Positions 25,614-38,900 of a DNA stretch of 64,000 nt are shown here, piece by piece. Positions within the stretch are counted from its first letter, which is position 1. Each line of letters begins with the position of its first letter. This DNA comes from Spongospora subterranea f. sp. subterranea (lineage: Eukaryota). The translations under genes and the position numbers were made by a program. The notes under the pieces were generated by a model, which did not search any database, was not told the DNA's origin, and saw only the letters and a list, made by a program, of their open reading frames with translations. The DNA is taken from assembly GCA_049724395.1 (NCBI GenBank), contig JAUGWO010000045.1:186001-250000 (forward strand). The letters are read 5' to 3'.

Positions 25614-25693
25614 TCCGCCAGGCATCGGCCGTTTTTAATCCCGTTTATCGCAAATTCATCATCTATCCTCCGAATAACTGATCATTAGAATAT

Positions 25694-26276
25694 ATGCCCT
25701 TTATGATGCCACGATTAACATTGGTCATTGTGCTGGTGATTTCTAGCGCTCTAGGATTGGACGACCTTCCTGCATCATCGGAAAATGGTAATGGCACCGG
25801 CGGAGTCACTGTCAACAGCATCTTGGTCATTAGACGCCCAGTGGATAACGATATAGGATCTGGTGGAAGATAAAGGGGTTCATCGCCCTCGGGTTCGCCT
25901 TATCGTCATCATGCGCCGTCATCGTCAGCTGACAGGTCAATCACCGCTTCGGTCGCATGTCTTCCCCAGATCACTGCCGTCGTACGCTGACGATGAATCT
26001 GGCAGCAGCCAGGAACCAGTGCTAGGAGATAAAGGCACAATGCAAAATGCTGATGACCACCTATTGCAAAAAGATGCCGATGTACCTCCTGGAGCCGTCA
26101 ATTATTCTTTGTTGGATCCACAACTGATTGCGCTGGTCATATTTTGTATGGGAACATTCGGTGGTATTGTTCTGTTTATCGCATACTTGCGACTACGAGA
26201 GCCCTCTAGAGAGTTATGTCCTCCAGATCACAAATCGTATTCCCCTCTTCTGCTTCCAGTCGACGCATCTGCTTGA
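25694..26276 (+). CDS. Small type I membrane protein of unknown function; +1 frame break near 25862
   Basis: Signal-peptide-like MPRLTLVIVLVISSALG in the upstream frame; TM LIALVIFCMGTFGGIVLFIAYL followed by RLRE in ORF 25863..26276. Confidence 0.5.
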
Positions 26277-26367
26277 TCATTGCAGCATTTATTCAAATAG
26301 AGGAAAAGTCAAGTGTTATGCTTGATGTCATATTTTTAATGATTTTGTCAAAATGATTGCATAGTAT

Positions 26368-29300
26368 TCATCCTCTCAAGTTTGTTTTACATTCAACAAT
26401 CGCTCGCTTAATAGAATTCAGCATCTTCGCAGTTAGCGCTTCGCGGTCAGCGTAGCTTGATAAAACTTGCTCGGTTTCACCCTCAATGAACGGTTTAAGG
26501 GATCTGACAATGCGGTTCACGATGTCCTGCTTAGTATATTCATGTGTTCTTTGGCTTTGTACTAATAGATTATTGATAAATCGTGCATGTGCGTCAGCTG
26601 ATAACGCTCTTGTCAATACATCGTCGATCCACGATGATATGAGACCCCTATATACCAAATCCTCGTGAATACATACTGAAGTAAAAGCATGTCTATTCTC
26701 TTAATTACCGGCTTTTATTTGCATCCACTGGAAGCAATTTTATCAACACTAAACGACGAAGATTCGCGATAAATTCTCTCGAGGAGGTGGATATAGCTGA
26801 GAGAGCAGCTTTATCGGTTTGTTCAGAGACGGGGGGAGTTTCCTGTTGGGCGGAATCGAAATCCGAGTTTCTTTGATCAATTATCTGATCAACCAAATCT
26901 TGGCAAATCTCGCATAAGGAAAAAGGGTTCTCAGTGAGTCGCTCAGTTATTAATTGGTCTGATGCAATGTATCGGCTCAACAGTCTCGTAGCGTCTCGTT
27001 GAAATTCAATCATGTCTGATATCATATCTTTGGAACCTGTCCTCTCCATAATGTGACTGTTTCCATATGTTAGCGCATGATAAACAAAAACAGAGATTAC
27101 CAACTTGACGTATAATGCCGATGACATGCTAGTGATGAAAGTTCGAGCTTGAACTGCATCGATGAGAGGAATGTCATTCGGATTTAACCCAATGTAAAAT
27201 GCATAACGAATGCCGTGGCACCAGACGTCAATGTCATCTGTTGTATTCTTTTGCAAAATGCTACTCATAATGTTTATGAGATTTGATATATTTCGAGATT
27301 CTTCGTGGAGAGTCTCGTCGTTTAGTGTGGACATCACCAGATCGGGCAACACCATGAAACATGCAGTACGTAATGATACGTTTGACCTAGAAGAAATGGT
27401 TGCCATTAGCATTACGAGACATAAAAAACACGACAACTGACGGCATTGATAACCGGCATGTGTTGAAGATGTAATCGACGAGACACGACCCAATAATGGA
27501 CTTAGCAATCTGTTGCATGGGAGAAGTGGCAGATGACATTGACGCAGAAGTAGCTGAAAACACAGATGTGGGCGGAGACGACACGGATTTTGGCAGTGAA
27601 AATGAAGGTGAGAGTGATGCGGCTGATGGTAGCGATGAAGAGGCAGATTGAGTAGGAGCAGAAGCTAGAGATGGAAAGCTTGGAAGGGGTAAAGTTGGGG
27701 AGTCACATGAAATCGCAGAAATCGATTGCAAAGACAAACTTGGTATTTGTACAGTTGCCAGTTGATTTGCTGACAAGGACGACGAGATCGGTTCTACTTT
27801 GGATGCAGGAGGATCAATGAGGTCAAGGTCTGAAATAATCCATGATTGATTGTGCTCTATAAGAAGACGCAACCTAGACACAGTAAATCAGCTTAATTTT
27901 GATGTTGCCGCTATGGCAAGGAAAAATACTTCTCCATAATTGGTTCGACAATGTCGAAACCTTGTAATTTGCTGCGGCATACGGCTAATATTTCAGACGC
28001 TATTTGAGTCCATATATTTGGATCATAACGTCGCAATATATCATTCCGCTCGATCCACGATAAAAACAAGTTGCTTGGCCATAGCATCGTCGTCGTTTTC
28101 TGATTGAGAGCTAGCGACATCAGGAAACCATATCGATCCCAATTCATCACCTGGCACTCAACATCAAAAACTGAATGCGGACCATTTACGCTGGGTATAG
28201 ACACCTATCCAATGCCCGAATTCAATATCATGAGCAGCATTGTCATCACCAATTGACAGATAGTTGTCCATTAGCGATGACTGAATTCTGCCAAGCAATC
28301 TGATATCTAAATCGATTTCTCCAACTCCGATTATTTTATATGCTTTTTTGATACATCGGACGGCTATTTTCAAACAGCGCTGGCGACGATATTTTTCGGA
28401 TGCAGGGGATTTGGATCTGATAGTAAATTTGAATCAAAAAAGTGGAAAGTCTGAAACAACAACGCGGCACCTGTTTATCATCCACACACATGTTTGCTGC
28501 CTGATTACGTTTTCAACATCGGCCATGGAGTGTCCAAATATGGAATTTAATCCATCCACACAATGAGACTTCAGCCTTGACCAGTCGTTGTCGCTAAAAA
28601 ATCAAGAGCACATGATTAAATAACCATCACGTGTCGATTAACAAAGATACCCTACGATATATCGGTTTCTTCAAGACCGGGATGAGTTAATAAGACAGAT
28701 TGAATAGCTTCCAAATAATCAATACGATCTTCTCCCTCTTTCCCTAATACTTCGTCAAGGATCCCATTGATCAACTTATTCCTGAAACCAGGGCTTTGGC
28801 TATCAACAGAGGAAGAAGGCGAGGCACACGCTTGTGAACTGTTTGATAACGATTCAACCTGAAACTAGATTATTAGATATCACATCCCTTGTGAGTTTCT
28901 AGTCAAAATACCAACACTTGGTTTTGTTTTGTTCCTGGAACGACGATTACGGGATTGCAATCGTTCCGCCGCTGACTGTAATTCATCTTTATAAACGAAA
29001 CTATCTACATCTTGTATATCTCTACGAAATATTTCGGAGTCTGGGATAAGATCGCTGCATTCTTCTAAAATCGCCTTCACTCTCTTATAATCCTTCTTGA
29101 CAAATATCGCCGCTGCTTGGCACCGCAGGCGATACGCCTTTGACCACAGTGATATTTTACTGTCTTTTCGAATCGAGGCGTTGAGCAGCTCGTATAAACC
29201 CTATGAAGAGTAATCATGTCAATGAGGTAGTTTGATGACCCGACCCAAGCGTGATGGAATATCAACATTTTTCATTGTCGCGAAACGTTTAACCGCTGTT

Positions 29301-31414
29301 CCACAGTGACATCGCCTGTCAGGATGAGAACGGACAGGAACTTTCTGTGTGTCGGTCATGCCATGCATCGCTGTCATATCAGAGGGGCTGCTCTTGTTGT
29401 TTGATCCACGTTACCTGATATCAGTTGATCTTGATCGACATTGTATTCCTGATTGCCGATGGATGATATACGATCGAGGGCCGAGATGCCCGCCACGAGA
29501 TTACCACGAGCACGGAACTGGCTGACCATTAGGTCACCGACTTGCATTATATCATCCTCGATATCATCAAGTGAGCTGGTGTGACCAGCCTGAACCATCC
29601 ACTTCAGAGCCCCGCTTTTGTCATTTGATTGCATGCATCGCAGCGATTCCCGACGACATGCTACTGATTTCATCATCTACGTTATTGGGCATAAGCCTTA
29701 GATGTCGTGGAACCGCAATAATATGGTTTTTACCTGGCCACAGATCTGAATGGCATTTTGTGCGGATTGGGAGCATGAGGTTGAAGACCGGGGACAGAGC
29801 GTTTTGGATCCATCCACGATCTCATTGAAAATATCGTAACTTATTTTCAACTGTTCTTCAACATAATCTATACTATGTTCATGGGTTATCCTTCCACGTG
29901 CGGCAGCTAGATGCTGTTGAGCTTGAGCCAGCATTTTGCGGAACCGGGATTCACTTGATACGAACTGGACAAAACGAAATTGTTAATGAAATTTATGCAT
30001 ACTCAATGCAAAATAGTCTCACCATTTGCTTGTCAACTCGCCAACTCTTCATGAACTCGTCGACTATGTAACCTGAATCACGTATAGGACTCGTCATGTC
30101 TATTTTGTGGTGCTCATTGTGATGATAGCTGTCAGCAAAACGTAGAAACATCTGCTTGACAATCTGAGCCATAACTGGGTCGGGCCCCGGCTCAAGGCAA
30201 TCACAAAGTGACTTGATTCGGTTATAGATGAGCTGCGACCCCGATATGTGACGTCGTTCACAAATTAAATGACGACGCGAGCTTAATTCTGCCAATATAT
30301 CAATACAAGCTTTAATCTGATCTTTCTCCGGATCAATGATTCTCATCAGCATTAATGACTGCTTAGCAGCTGATAATTTTCCTTCCTATGGTCATTGAAT
30401 TCATCGCCATTCGTTGACTAAGTATAAAGATCTTACCATGGTCATGTCAACTACAATAGATGGCCTGAGCAGCGCATCTCTGTCCGAGTTGATATCTTGT
30501 CTGTCAAGCATTACTTGAACGTCCTCCAGCTCATGGCGAATCCGCTCGTCGATCTTGCTAATAAGTTTGTCTCGACTAGGCAACGAGGATACAAGAGCAG
30601 TTCTGCAGTTGGCGATGGCCTTGTCAGCCTATTGACAATGTCAGTGCACTCGATTGTTTCCTCATGATCCCGAGTCACCTGCCTCGTTCAACTGTTCCGC
30701 CAACTTGGTTTGCTGATCAGACGATAGGGTCGCTGCCGTATTTCTGGTGATATATGCTATGGCTTCCGTATATGCATCACGCCCTGATATCAATATCAAC
30801 AGTCCCAGGACGAAATCCTTGGCGAGACATTGCCTGATTCGATAAAGCTAACAGTGGACCAGATATCAAACTGGCAATATCGATAATGTTGTCTCTATCA
30901 GAAGTCATCTAAACAGATTTACATTGACTGTTGTGAATAGTATTGTGAAACTATGAGTTACTTTAGCAATTCGAAATTTCTTAGTTTGGAAGTGCTGCCT
31001 ATTTTCATTATCCAGGCGACATGAAAGAATTGCATCGATGATCTCGCAAGCAGCATGATAGCGACCACGATCAAGAGCAACTAGAGCAGCAAGGTTCAGC
31101 CGTTCGAAAAGAAACCGTTCATCGTTTTCAGTAATCGAATCGGAGAACCGTTGAGAAGGTAGGTATTGCGAAGAACTGTTAATTCGCGTTTTGAATTCTA
31201 CACTTGAACTCAATGATTCGCTGGGAGTTGACAGATATTTGTCGACAATCGCTTGTCCTTGCAAATAATGCGACTTTGCAGCTCTATATGCTCCTAACTC
31301 CATGAGTTGGTCGCCACACTCGCCATGCTGCTTGGCTAGCGCCGAGTTTAATTCAGGCGCCAGGTCAAGGGTGCCATTTGATTTGTCACCACCGCCATAA
31401 GCACTATTGTCCAT
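26368..31414 (-). CDS. Large multi-exon, predominantly alpha-helical (TPR-like N-terminus) protein of unknown function with an internal Ser/Pro-rich linker
   Basis: A chain of minus-strand coding segments separated by ~50-nt GT-AG introns. GDQLMELGAYRAAKSHYLQG is TPR-like. No family recognised; may be more than one gene. Confidence 0.55.
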
Positions 31415-31614
31415 CGTTTACCCACAATCACATAACAGAATGAAAAGATCTTGAAATGATCATGTAAATTTATTAGCCATAAATATCTAACAACCCACAT
31501 TATTTTTGGGAACTGTCATCATTAGTAAATCAGGTACATAATTACAGAAAACTACCTATCTGGTGAGAGGATCACACTCAAGACGCGGAATCGTGAAGTT
31601 GTCCATGCCACTAT

Positions 31615-32478
31615 CTATAACGTCATGCTCTCGACACTCTGACCCTTCTGATCTGTTGAATCTCGACCGCCATCTGAACCTTGACTTGATTCAGGACCTT
31701 GATGCACCTCATCAACACAAAGCAAACGATCGGTGACTGTGAATTGCGATATTTCGCTTCCTCGAGCGACATGAATAGTGGGATATTCAATGACGGTTGA
31801 AGACCTGATTGCATCCGCCAACGTTGAGTTCCTGTCAACTCGTCGGTAAGGTGATGAACTCGCATGAGGAGCGATCATGAAAACCGCTGAATCGTCATCT
31901 ATATACCGCCCTAATCTGTGTTGCCGAACCTGATCTTTTCCAATCGATGCCAACACGACATCCTCTAATGTCGATCTTTCTTTCACACGATGTCGCAAAA
32001 TTCGTTCCCCATCCCATCCAAAGATAATCTCGACAGTCCATAGCACTTCGGATTTCTGCTGATCATATATTGACCGATTCATTTTCCTCTTTGTCATTCC
32101 TGGAGCCATTATCTTCAGGTCGATCATTCGCGAAGGCTGTCGACATCCGTCCTGAAGCTTCTTGATGAAACTTGGACGCTTTTGCCCATGGCCATTGGTT
32201 ACCAAATTATCACGGTTGGAACGCCCTCGAAGTTGCGACACCTCTTCGAGGAACGAAAGATCGTTCAGCAAGAGCTGATCACTGAATTCCTTGATCGCTA
32301 CAAATCCGACCCGATCACGGACGCCATTGCAGCCTGTGGCCTCCTTGTGCGTCTGGATGCACGACACGCTGCAGGTCTGCATGAAACACTTCGGGCAGCG
32401 ATACTTGCGAGGCTCGCCATTACACTGTTGACACAATGACGACGGCGACAATGCAGTCTCAGGCATTGGAGAGATCAT
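31615..32478 (-). CDS. BCD1: Box C/D snoRNP assembly factor BCD1/ZNHIT6
   Basis: zf-HIT CQQC..KYRCPKC..TCSVSCIQTHK..GCNGVRDR; LLNDLSFLEE; GMTKRKMNRS; WTVE; VIEYPTIHV. Confidence 0.92.
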   Translation of the reverse strand: MISPMPETALSPSSLCQQCNGEPRKYRCPKCFMQTCSVSCIQTHKEATGCNGVRDRVGFVAIKEFSDQLLLNDLSFLEEVSQLRGRSNRDNLVTNGHGQKRPSFIKKLQDGCRQPSRMIDLKIMAPGMTKRKMNRSIYDQQKSEVLWTVEIIFGWDGERILRHRVKERSTLEDVVLASIGKDQVRQHRLGRYIDDDSAVFMIAPHASSSPYRRVDRNSTLADAIRSSTVIEYPTIHVARGSEISQFTVTDRLLCVDEVHQGPESSQGSDGGRDSTDQKGQSVESMTL

Positions 32479-32631
32479 GACCAGTATGGGCCGCAGTCGC
32501 AGACCTGGACCCAGGGGCCCATTTTGATAGCGCAATTATTGTGACTACGGAGTTGCTGATGTTACAGATGGTGAAGATATTAACTGGGACGATTGATATA
32601 CAGGTGCTGATTCTCATTTGGTTATCTGTTG

Positions 32632-33651
32632 ATGGTGGTCAGGCTTTCATCACATCAGATTATCGATCAATCCGTTGCCGCGACGCACCCCTTGCAGAGT
32701 CTATTGGATCGAGTATGGCCGCCGGCCGATATCGTCTGGGAGTTCATGACGCTTCCGGATCGGTATTCGATGATGAAAACCAGTCGAGGGTTACGTCGCA
32801 GTACAGGTAGGAAAATAATCAGGATAGATGTGTCGAATAGGCAAAAGATCAAGAACCGTCATGTTCACCAATTTGCGGATCTATACACGAATCTTGAGTC
32901 GTTGAATTTATCGGGAACAGGAGTGTCAAATATCTCTGCATTGTCATCCTGTCGGTTGCTACGCCGTTTATCCATGTCGAATACGAATATCGTCAAGATA
33001 CCGCAGTTCAGACAAGAAATTCTGTTGACGAAGCTGGATCTATCGTACTGCTCCAAACTCGAGAGCATATCAGGATTATCGTGCTGTCGTCGATTGGTTG
33101 ACCTGAACCTGCGCAACACCATTGTGTCTGATATCTCTCCCCTATCGCCGTGCACGTCGCTGGCCATTTTGAATATTCGCCACACCCTAGTTCATAATAT
33201 CGATTCGATCAGGTCCTGCGTGGACCTGGACACGCTCGTCATGGATGATTGCAGGGTCTCAGATATCGATCCCGTTCACGGCTTTCGGCGATTACGAGTG
33301 CTGTCCGCTCGTTGTTGCGGAATCACGAACATATCATCAGTAGGACAATGTCCAGCAATGACCTCGCTCAATCTTCGACAAACTTTGGTTATGGATATAA
33401 CCCCTCTCCGAAATTGCCCTTTTTTGCAAGGATTGAACCTCTATGGGACGTCGGTTCACGATGTTGCGCCTTTGATGCACTGTCAGAAGCTGGCAATTCT
33501 GGATATATCATATACTAGAGTGTGCGATTTATCGCCATTGCGTTCATGTACAGCGCTTTCCGTTGTAAATATCATCAACCTAACTGGTGAGGGACTTGAA
33601 GAACTGCAGAGCTCTCTACCAGCTCTACTTGTGAATAAATTCAAATCCTAA
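32632..33651 (+). CDS. Leucine-rich repeat protein (about 10 LRRs of 22 aa) with F-box-like N-terminus, intronless
   Basis: Repeats LxxLNLxxTxVxDISPLxxC; N-terminal PADIVWEFMTLPDRYSMMKTSRGLR resembles the F-box consensus. Confidence 0.85.
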   Translation: MVVRLSSHQIIDQSVAATHPLQSLLDRVWPPADIVWEFMTLPDRYSMMKTSRGLRRSTGRKIIRIDVSNRQKIKNRHVHQFADLYTNLESLNLSGTGVSNISALSSCRLLRRLSMSNTNIVKIPQFRQEILLTKLDLSYCSKLESISGLSCCRRLVDLNLRNTIVSDISPLSPCTSLAILNIRHTLVHNIDSIRSCVDLDTLVMDDCRVSDIDPVHGFRRLRVLSARCCGITNISSVGQCPAMTSLNLRQTLVMDITPLRNCPFLQGLNLYGTSVHDVAPLMHCQKLAILDISYTRVCDLSPLRSCTALSVVNIINLTGEGLEELQSSLPALLVNKFKS

Positions 33652-34818
33652 TAATTGTCCTGATACTCATCAAGTTATTCCTTGGACATTCAGGGGTCTA
33701 GTAATGGGCTTTCCTAACTGCCCGGCAAATTAGCATATAAATATTGCACTAAATCGCATGAGGTCCCTAAAACTCCAAAATCGAGTTCAACAAGATCCCA
33801 AACGCGGGAATAGGTCAGCTGACAATTTTGAAAAGCTCAATACACAGCCAAACCCAGCAAAACTGGTTTTTTTCACCAGAAACCTACTCTCGACGGAAAA
33901 GGTGCTCTCTGGTACGATGCACTGCTATACGCTACGATCCTCCCTAGTCTCGTTTAGCACCTCCCCAAGCTGTACTAGAACGAAACCAATAGGAGGGTAT
34001 TACCCGCTCCCTCTTTGTATGTAGAAGACCTGGGTTGTAGAATGTAATTCCGTCAAATGTTGACAAAACGGTCAACAAGACATGTGTGAAATCCTAACGA
34101 GGATACAGTACTGCCCACTCCAGTCGGAGAGCGACAAATATGGACGGGATCTGGTGAAGATAGGGGATCAACAGACCTGGGTTGATCAAGGATTCTTTGA
34201 TTACAAATCCGGTTATTGATCCATGTATATGGTAAAGGCGTAGCCAGTTGTGCTGTGGAGAGACGGTCGATACAGAATGGGGCCCTCTGGAGATGAGAAA
34301 CATCGAATATGAAAATAAGTGATCCTTCAGCAATACTTAGATGTAGCATTTTGGTAAGATCAATAGATAAATGTGATTGAAGATCGAGTCGTTCGAATCG
34401 GAACCTGTCGCTGTTGAAGAACAATGAATAATCGCCACACCCTTGTCAATGAGGTCGATCCAATCACCTCAGCACGTTATCGGAATATCAATGAATTTAT
34501 GGATATAAATGTTGCACGGATATCAAGCCGCAATCCCTGTTTGCGTTTACCAACGAATGTAAGTATTGATCGATCGTATCGGAATATATGTATCTTCTCT
34601 TCGATATCGTCTTCAAATTCACAAGGATTCAATCTCAATGGGACATGGGGTCAATGTATGGAGCCGTTGACGCCAAGATTCCTTTAACTCCATCGCCATT
34701 TGCCCACATGCACATCGTTTCACCTTCTGAGTATAATTCGGCCTGGTAGCGAGTCCTGGTCCCGACGAGCTGCAAAGTTCATAGTGAGCGAATCGGGGCT
34801 GAATACACCAGTCACATT

Positions 34819-35880
34819 ATGAGCCAGATGGCCAAAAACAACCTGATATCGGGCAGGAAAGGAAAGGGAAAACGATGGGATTTTCCCACCAAGATACTGG
34901 ACATGTCCAGCTCGAGCGATAGTGAACGCGACGATGGTGGGCCGGCTCTGATCCCGGTTGGAGATCAGGGACAAGGGAAAACACTGAGGAGATCAAGGGT
35001 TATCGCCAACAGACGAACGGGTGAAGACGGACTGAACGCTGCAATCTATGATGGGCCCGAATCGGTTCATCGGAAACTAATTGGTGGAGAGACGAAGGAT
35101 ACGGAGAGGAGCCTGAGGCTAGCTCTGGAGCTGAGCGAAAGGGAGCGGATTCATCAAGCGGACCAGATGGATCAATTCAAATATCAGATACTGATATTGC
35201 AGGAAGAGTCATTACGATTTGTATGTAAATCTGGGATGGTTTTTACGATTGGGAGATGGCTAATCCGATCAATGAAGTAGATGGAGAATTCTCTGGATCA
35301 GATTGAGGAGCTGAAGCGGGAGCGGTCCGATCTTTGCCAACGGGTTTTACAGGTTGAGCAGGAATGGGACAAGATTGCCGATCAGCTGTCAACCGCACGT
35401 TCACATTGCACCAATCACTATTCGATTTACTCCAGACCTGTACTCATTGCGCTAACGCCGACTCCCCCTGTTGCTCCTCCCCCTCATCGTCATAGCGCCA
35501 CCTCTGGTCCCAGGCGCCACGCTTATCGCAACACAACGCCAATCTCCTACCGATACCTATTGCGGCTACGAAGAACAGTGAAATACGATTCCCTATTTGT
35601 CCTGGGAATACCTGAAGACGCCAAATCCCCAATCATGAGCCTGATCGCCCAATCTCGACACAATCGCTGCGGTTCCATCCTGCGTCCCAAGAAATCGTCA
35701 GCAATGGCCCAACTTGACGCCCAACGCATGGATGCCCTACGTTTGCCTGCAAGGCACGTCCTTGAATCAAAATACGTTGAACATCCACCAGAACCCACTC
35801 CCCCTGTCGATACATTCTCCCGAAAAATGGAACGAATTCGGGTCCAAAACGTTGTCGATAGATTTCGAAAACGCCAATAA
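34819..35880 (+). CDS. Coiled-coil protein of unknown function, multi-exon
   Basis: ORFs 34819..35280 and 35281..35880 linked by a GT-AG intron; heptad pattern ERSLRLALELSERERI..LEQIEELKRER-like. Confidence 0.55.
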
Positions 35881-35917
35881 AGAACGACTAGTGGTTTATG
35901 ATAAGTTTCAGGGGCAG

Positions 35918-36955
35918 TTATTGCCCTTCAATATGTTCAATTCGCTGCATCGGGTCAGGTCGGGAGTTCTTAAGATCGTCAGAGATGTTCTGCATTTTGA
36001 AGTCGATGTAGAGCGAGAACAGGAGATGAAGCGATTCCTTGAGACTATTATACACAGGAATATCCATCAGGGCGCACACCAACCGTGCCGTGTTCTCCAG
36101 GTCCAGCTCGATATCGGAACCGGGCAGGTCGACCTGACTCAGAAGGGTTTCGAACTCGATCGGCCACACCTGCATGAGGTCGTCGATCTCGGGCATCACC
36201 CGCGAATAGGATACGGTCGGGGGCGGTTTCTGCCTATGCAACTCCTGGACATTCGTGATCCAGGCTGTAATGTTCTTCGGGTTCTTATCGGCGTTCTCGA
36301 TGCTCCTAACGGTGATCGGGGTCGTCGATGACGTCTGTTTCGACGTGACCCGGAGCTGCAGGTCGAGGACGGTCGGATCCGTCTGATTACCACAGGGCTC
36401 GTCCAACACGACAAGGCCCAGACCGTCCGGTTTGCCATCTGGCCGAGGGATTTTGATGAACGCGTCGATATCGCCAACCGATGGCACGTAGTCGGGGACG
36501 AACGGGTCCAAGGTGGTTTCCAGGTCGATCTCGTGTGGAATATATCTGCCGATGTAGTTGAACAGGTCGTTGATCTCGGCCGACACGTTCGGGTTGATCG
36601 GATCCGGTGAATTCGCTAGCGGGTTGGATGTCGGGGGCGGATGTGGATGAAGCTCATCATCATCGTCGTCATCGTCATCTTCTCCATCCTCATATGTCTC
36701 TGCCTGTCTATGAGGTATTGAAATCATGAATTCTCCACGATCAAATGTCGCTATCGCTTACGATTTCTGTAGACGATCATCGTTAGCAATAATAATACAA
36801 GTCGCGAACAAACCTTACCGATTGAACTGATGGTGCTGGGGACGCTCCTAATCACCTCATTGTTAATACGGTGATCGTTCGACGTTAGTGCCGAATACCT
36901 GTTGATCGGGCGAAGTTCCTATGCTCAGGGGAGGAATGGGAGGAGGATGCGCCAT
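35918..36955 (-). CDS. IFT46: Intraflagellar transport protein 46
   Basis: VSAEINDLFNYIGRYIP, LDPFVPDYVPSVGDIDAFIKIPRPDG, LGLVVLDEP..QTDPTVLDLQLR, KPPPTVSYSRVMPEIDDLMQVWP, SLHLLFSLY; acidic N-terminal stretch. 5' exons approximate. Confidence 0.96.
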
Positions 36956-37539
36956 CGCTCAGGTCCACTGCTTCATCATGATGCTGATTGGGCACGAGCA
37001 ATGTCTGGAAACCGTTGTCAGGGGTGTTGATTTCACAAATACCAGAACGCCCTATGGAACCTTTCCTGGTGGAATGCGTCCACCATAACTATACCCATGA
37101 TGATCTTGCGATGGGCTGCTCTCTCGCTCAGATTCACTCATTGTTTGTATCTGTAAATCCCCCTTGCCAGTATGGTGTCCTCTCCCTGCTGTCCTCCGAA
37201 CAATCGTCAGGAATCTCCCGACGCCGTTGGTTTATTTCGGTTTCTAACTTGTCACACACACTGAAGAGTTATTTACGCCATCTGAGTCGTATTTTCAGTC
37301 ACACAACAAAGAAGTTACGTCAACGAGCGAATCACCTTGGCCATCTGCACCTCGAAGTTGATCTGTCGTTTTATTTCAGTCATGGAAGAAAATCTCTGAA
37401 TGTTGGAACATTCAGTTTTTTGAACAATAAACGATGTGAACTTAGGGCACCATCATGATGCTGTGGGCGATCGCAGACACTTCTCTGCAGTTCAGGCGCG
37501 AACTGTTGTTCACACCACTCACTAACCGCATCGAGCGAT

Positions 37540-38070
37540 GGCCACAACGCATATATTTGCTCCTGACGATTGGATTATTACACGATTAGATCTCAGTGAC
37601 GGCGCGAACACTGTAAACCCGAATCGCAATGGCTGGTTCTGTGATAAAACGGAAATCGTGTTGATCAAATCATGGGAAAAGCGGCAGGTGTGCGAAAAGT
37701 GTTCGAATACATGCTTGACCGGTTCTAACGACCTCACAAAGGGTGGTCAGTGTGTGATGGCGTTAAGATTTCAATCTACCAAGATTCCATTGCGAGTTCA
37801 TCTCATCAAATTGTATTGGGATAGTTGCAAGCACTACATGAGACACCATTACGGCTAAACATTGACTGGATTATGTCGACACCTGACTGAAGCAGACAAT
37901 TGTCGAGTTGAGATGTTTGGCAATGTACTGTAGTGTACCTAAAAAAACCAGAACAATAACAGTCTTCACGTGGCGTCAGGGTCGTTGGCCCCAACGGCGA
38001 TATCGGTGGAATCAAATCGGGACTGCTAACTCTGAAATTGAAGTACGTCAAATGTTGAAGAATGGAATAG
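37540..38070 (+). mobile_element. Probable decayed Ty3/Gypsy pol relic (protease end and RT start)
   Basis: QRRYRWNQIGTANSEIEVRQMLKNGI resembles the Gypsy pre-RT motif QRPYR..E..V..ML..GII. Upstream GQCVMALRF..IPLRVHL and PLRLNIDWI resemble the retropepsin C-terminus (ILGxDWL). Frames are broken and no LTRs were seen. Confidence 0.4.
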
Positions 38071-38189
38071 GCGGCTCTGGAAAAAGAAATCGGCTCATGA
38101 TAGATCTTCACCGTTGATCAGATCGCAGACCTTATGTTGAGACATGTCAGCATTATAAAGAATCTGTAGAAGTGTGGTAAGATAATGCG

Positions 38190-38900
38190 GTAATCTCCAA
38201 GTTAGAAGAACACCTCAATAGGGCTGTGCCTAGGATAATCCACACCTTGGCATTCATCAATCAGTCCATGGATACCAGGAACATGTAGGGACATGAGCAA
38301 CAATATCATGGTCGTGGATGATCCGGAATAGCTTGAGAGAAGTTAGCCGCTGCGTAACTTTGCTCGATGTGCTCACGTGATCTCTTCCTGTAATGAATAC
38401 AATTGCGAATGCAAAATTTCGTACACGTGGACTTCCTAATGTGTAAAAATTGGGTTGCTGACAAGGTTTTGTAAGGCAACGGCAGCTAAGATCGCGGTTG
38501 CACCGCCTAATGAATGGCTAGTGATTACAAATATCGGGTCTGGACTGGTCAGCAACGACCGCACGGTTCTGGCGAAACCATTACCTGGGATTTTCTGCAA
38601 AATCTTTGACAGAATCTGCTTAATATCCATTTTCAAAGCAAAATAATGGGAAAGGAACCCATGATTGACTGTAGAATCATTGACGCTAGGTGGCCATCTT
38701 GTTTAGGTGAATTTCAAATCGGCAATAATATCATCGATATCAGAGAAGTTGAATCCCCAATCATCGATGAATCGGTCGATATCGCTGAGGTATGCGATCG
38801 ATGTCAATATCGGAACGATAACGATATTACAATTGACGGATTAGATCTCTGTTGTGCAATAAAGACCCGAATGTCTTGGAGGCGGAACCCTCTACAGTAC
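38190..38900 (-). pseudogene. Class 3 lipase pseudogene
   Basis: Fragments in different frames: SIVISLSFR, FVITSHSLGGATAILAA (GHSLGG with G>S), YTLGSPRVRNFAFA (RVGN with G>R), FRIIHDHDIVAHVP, YPRHSPIEVFF; several stops and frameshifts. Confidence 0.75.

Noticed and set aside
33760..34700. Scattered ORFs between the LRR gene and the coiled-coil gene
   Set aside because: Fragments look partly coding on the minus strand, but there is no consistent spliced model or homology.
35714..36331. 205-aa plus-strand ORF
   Set aside because: Antisense to GC-rich IFT46 coding sequence.
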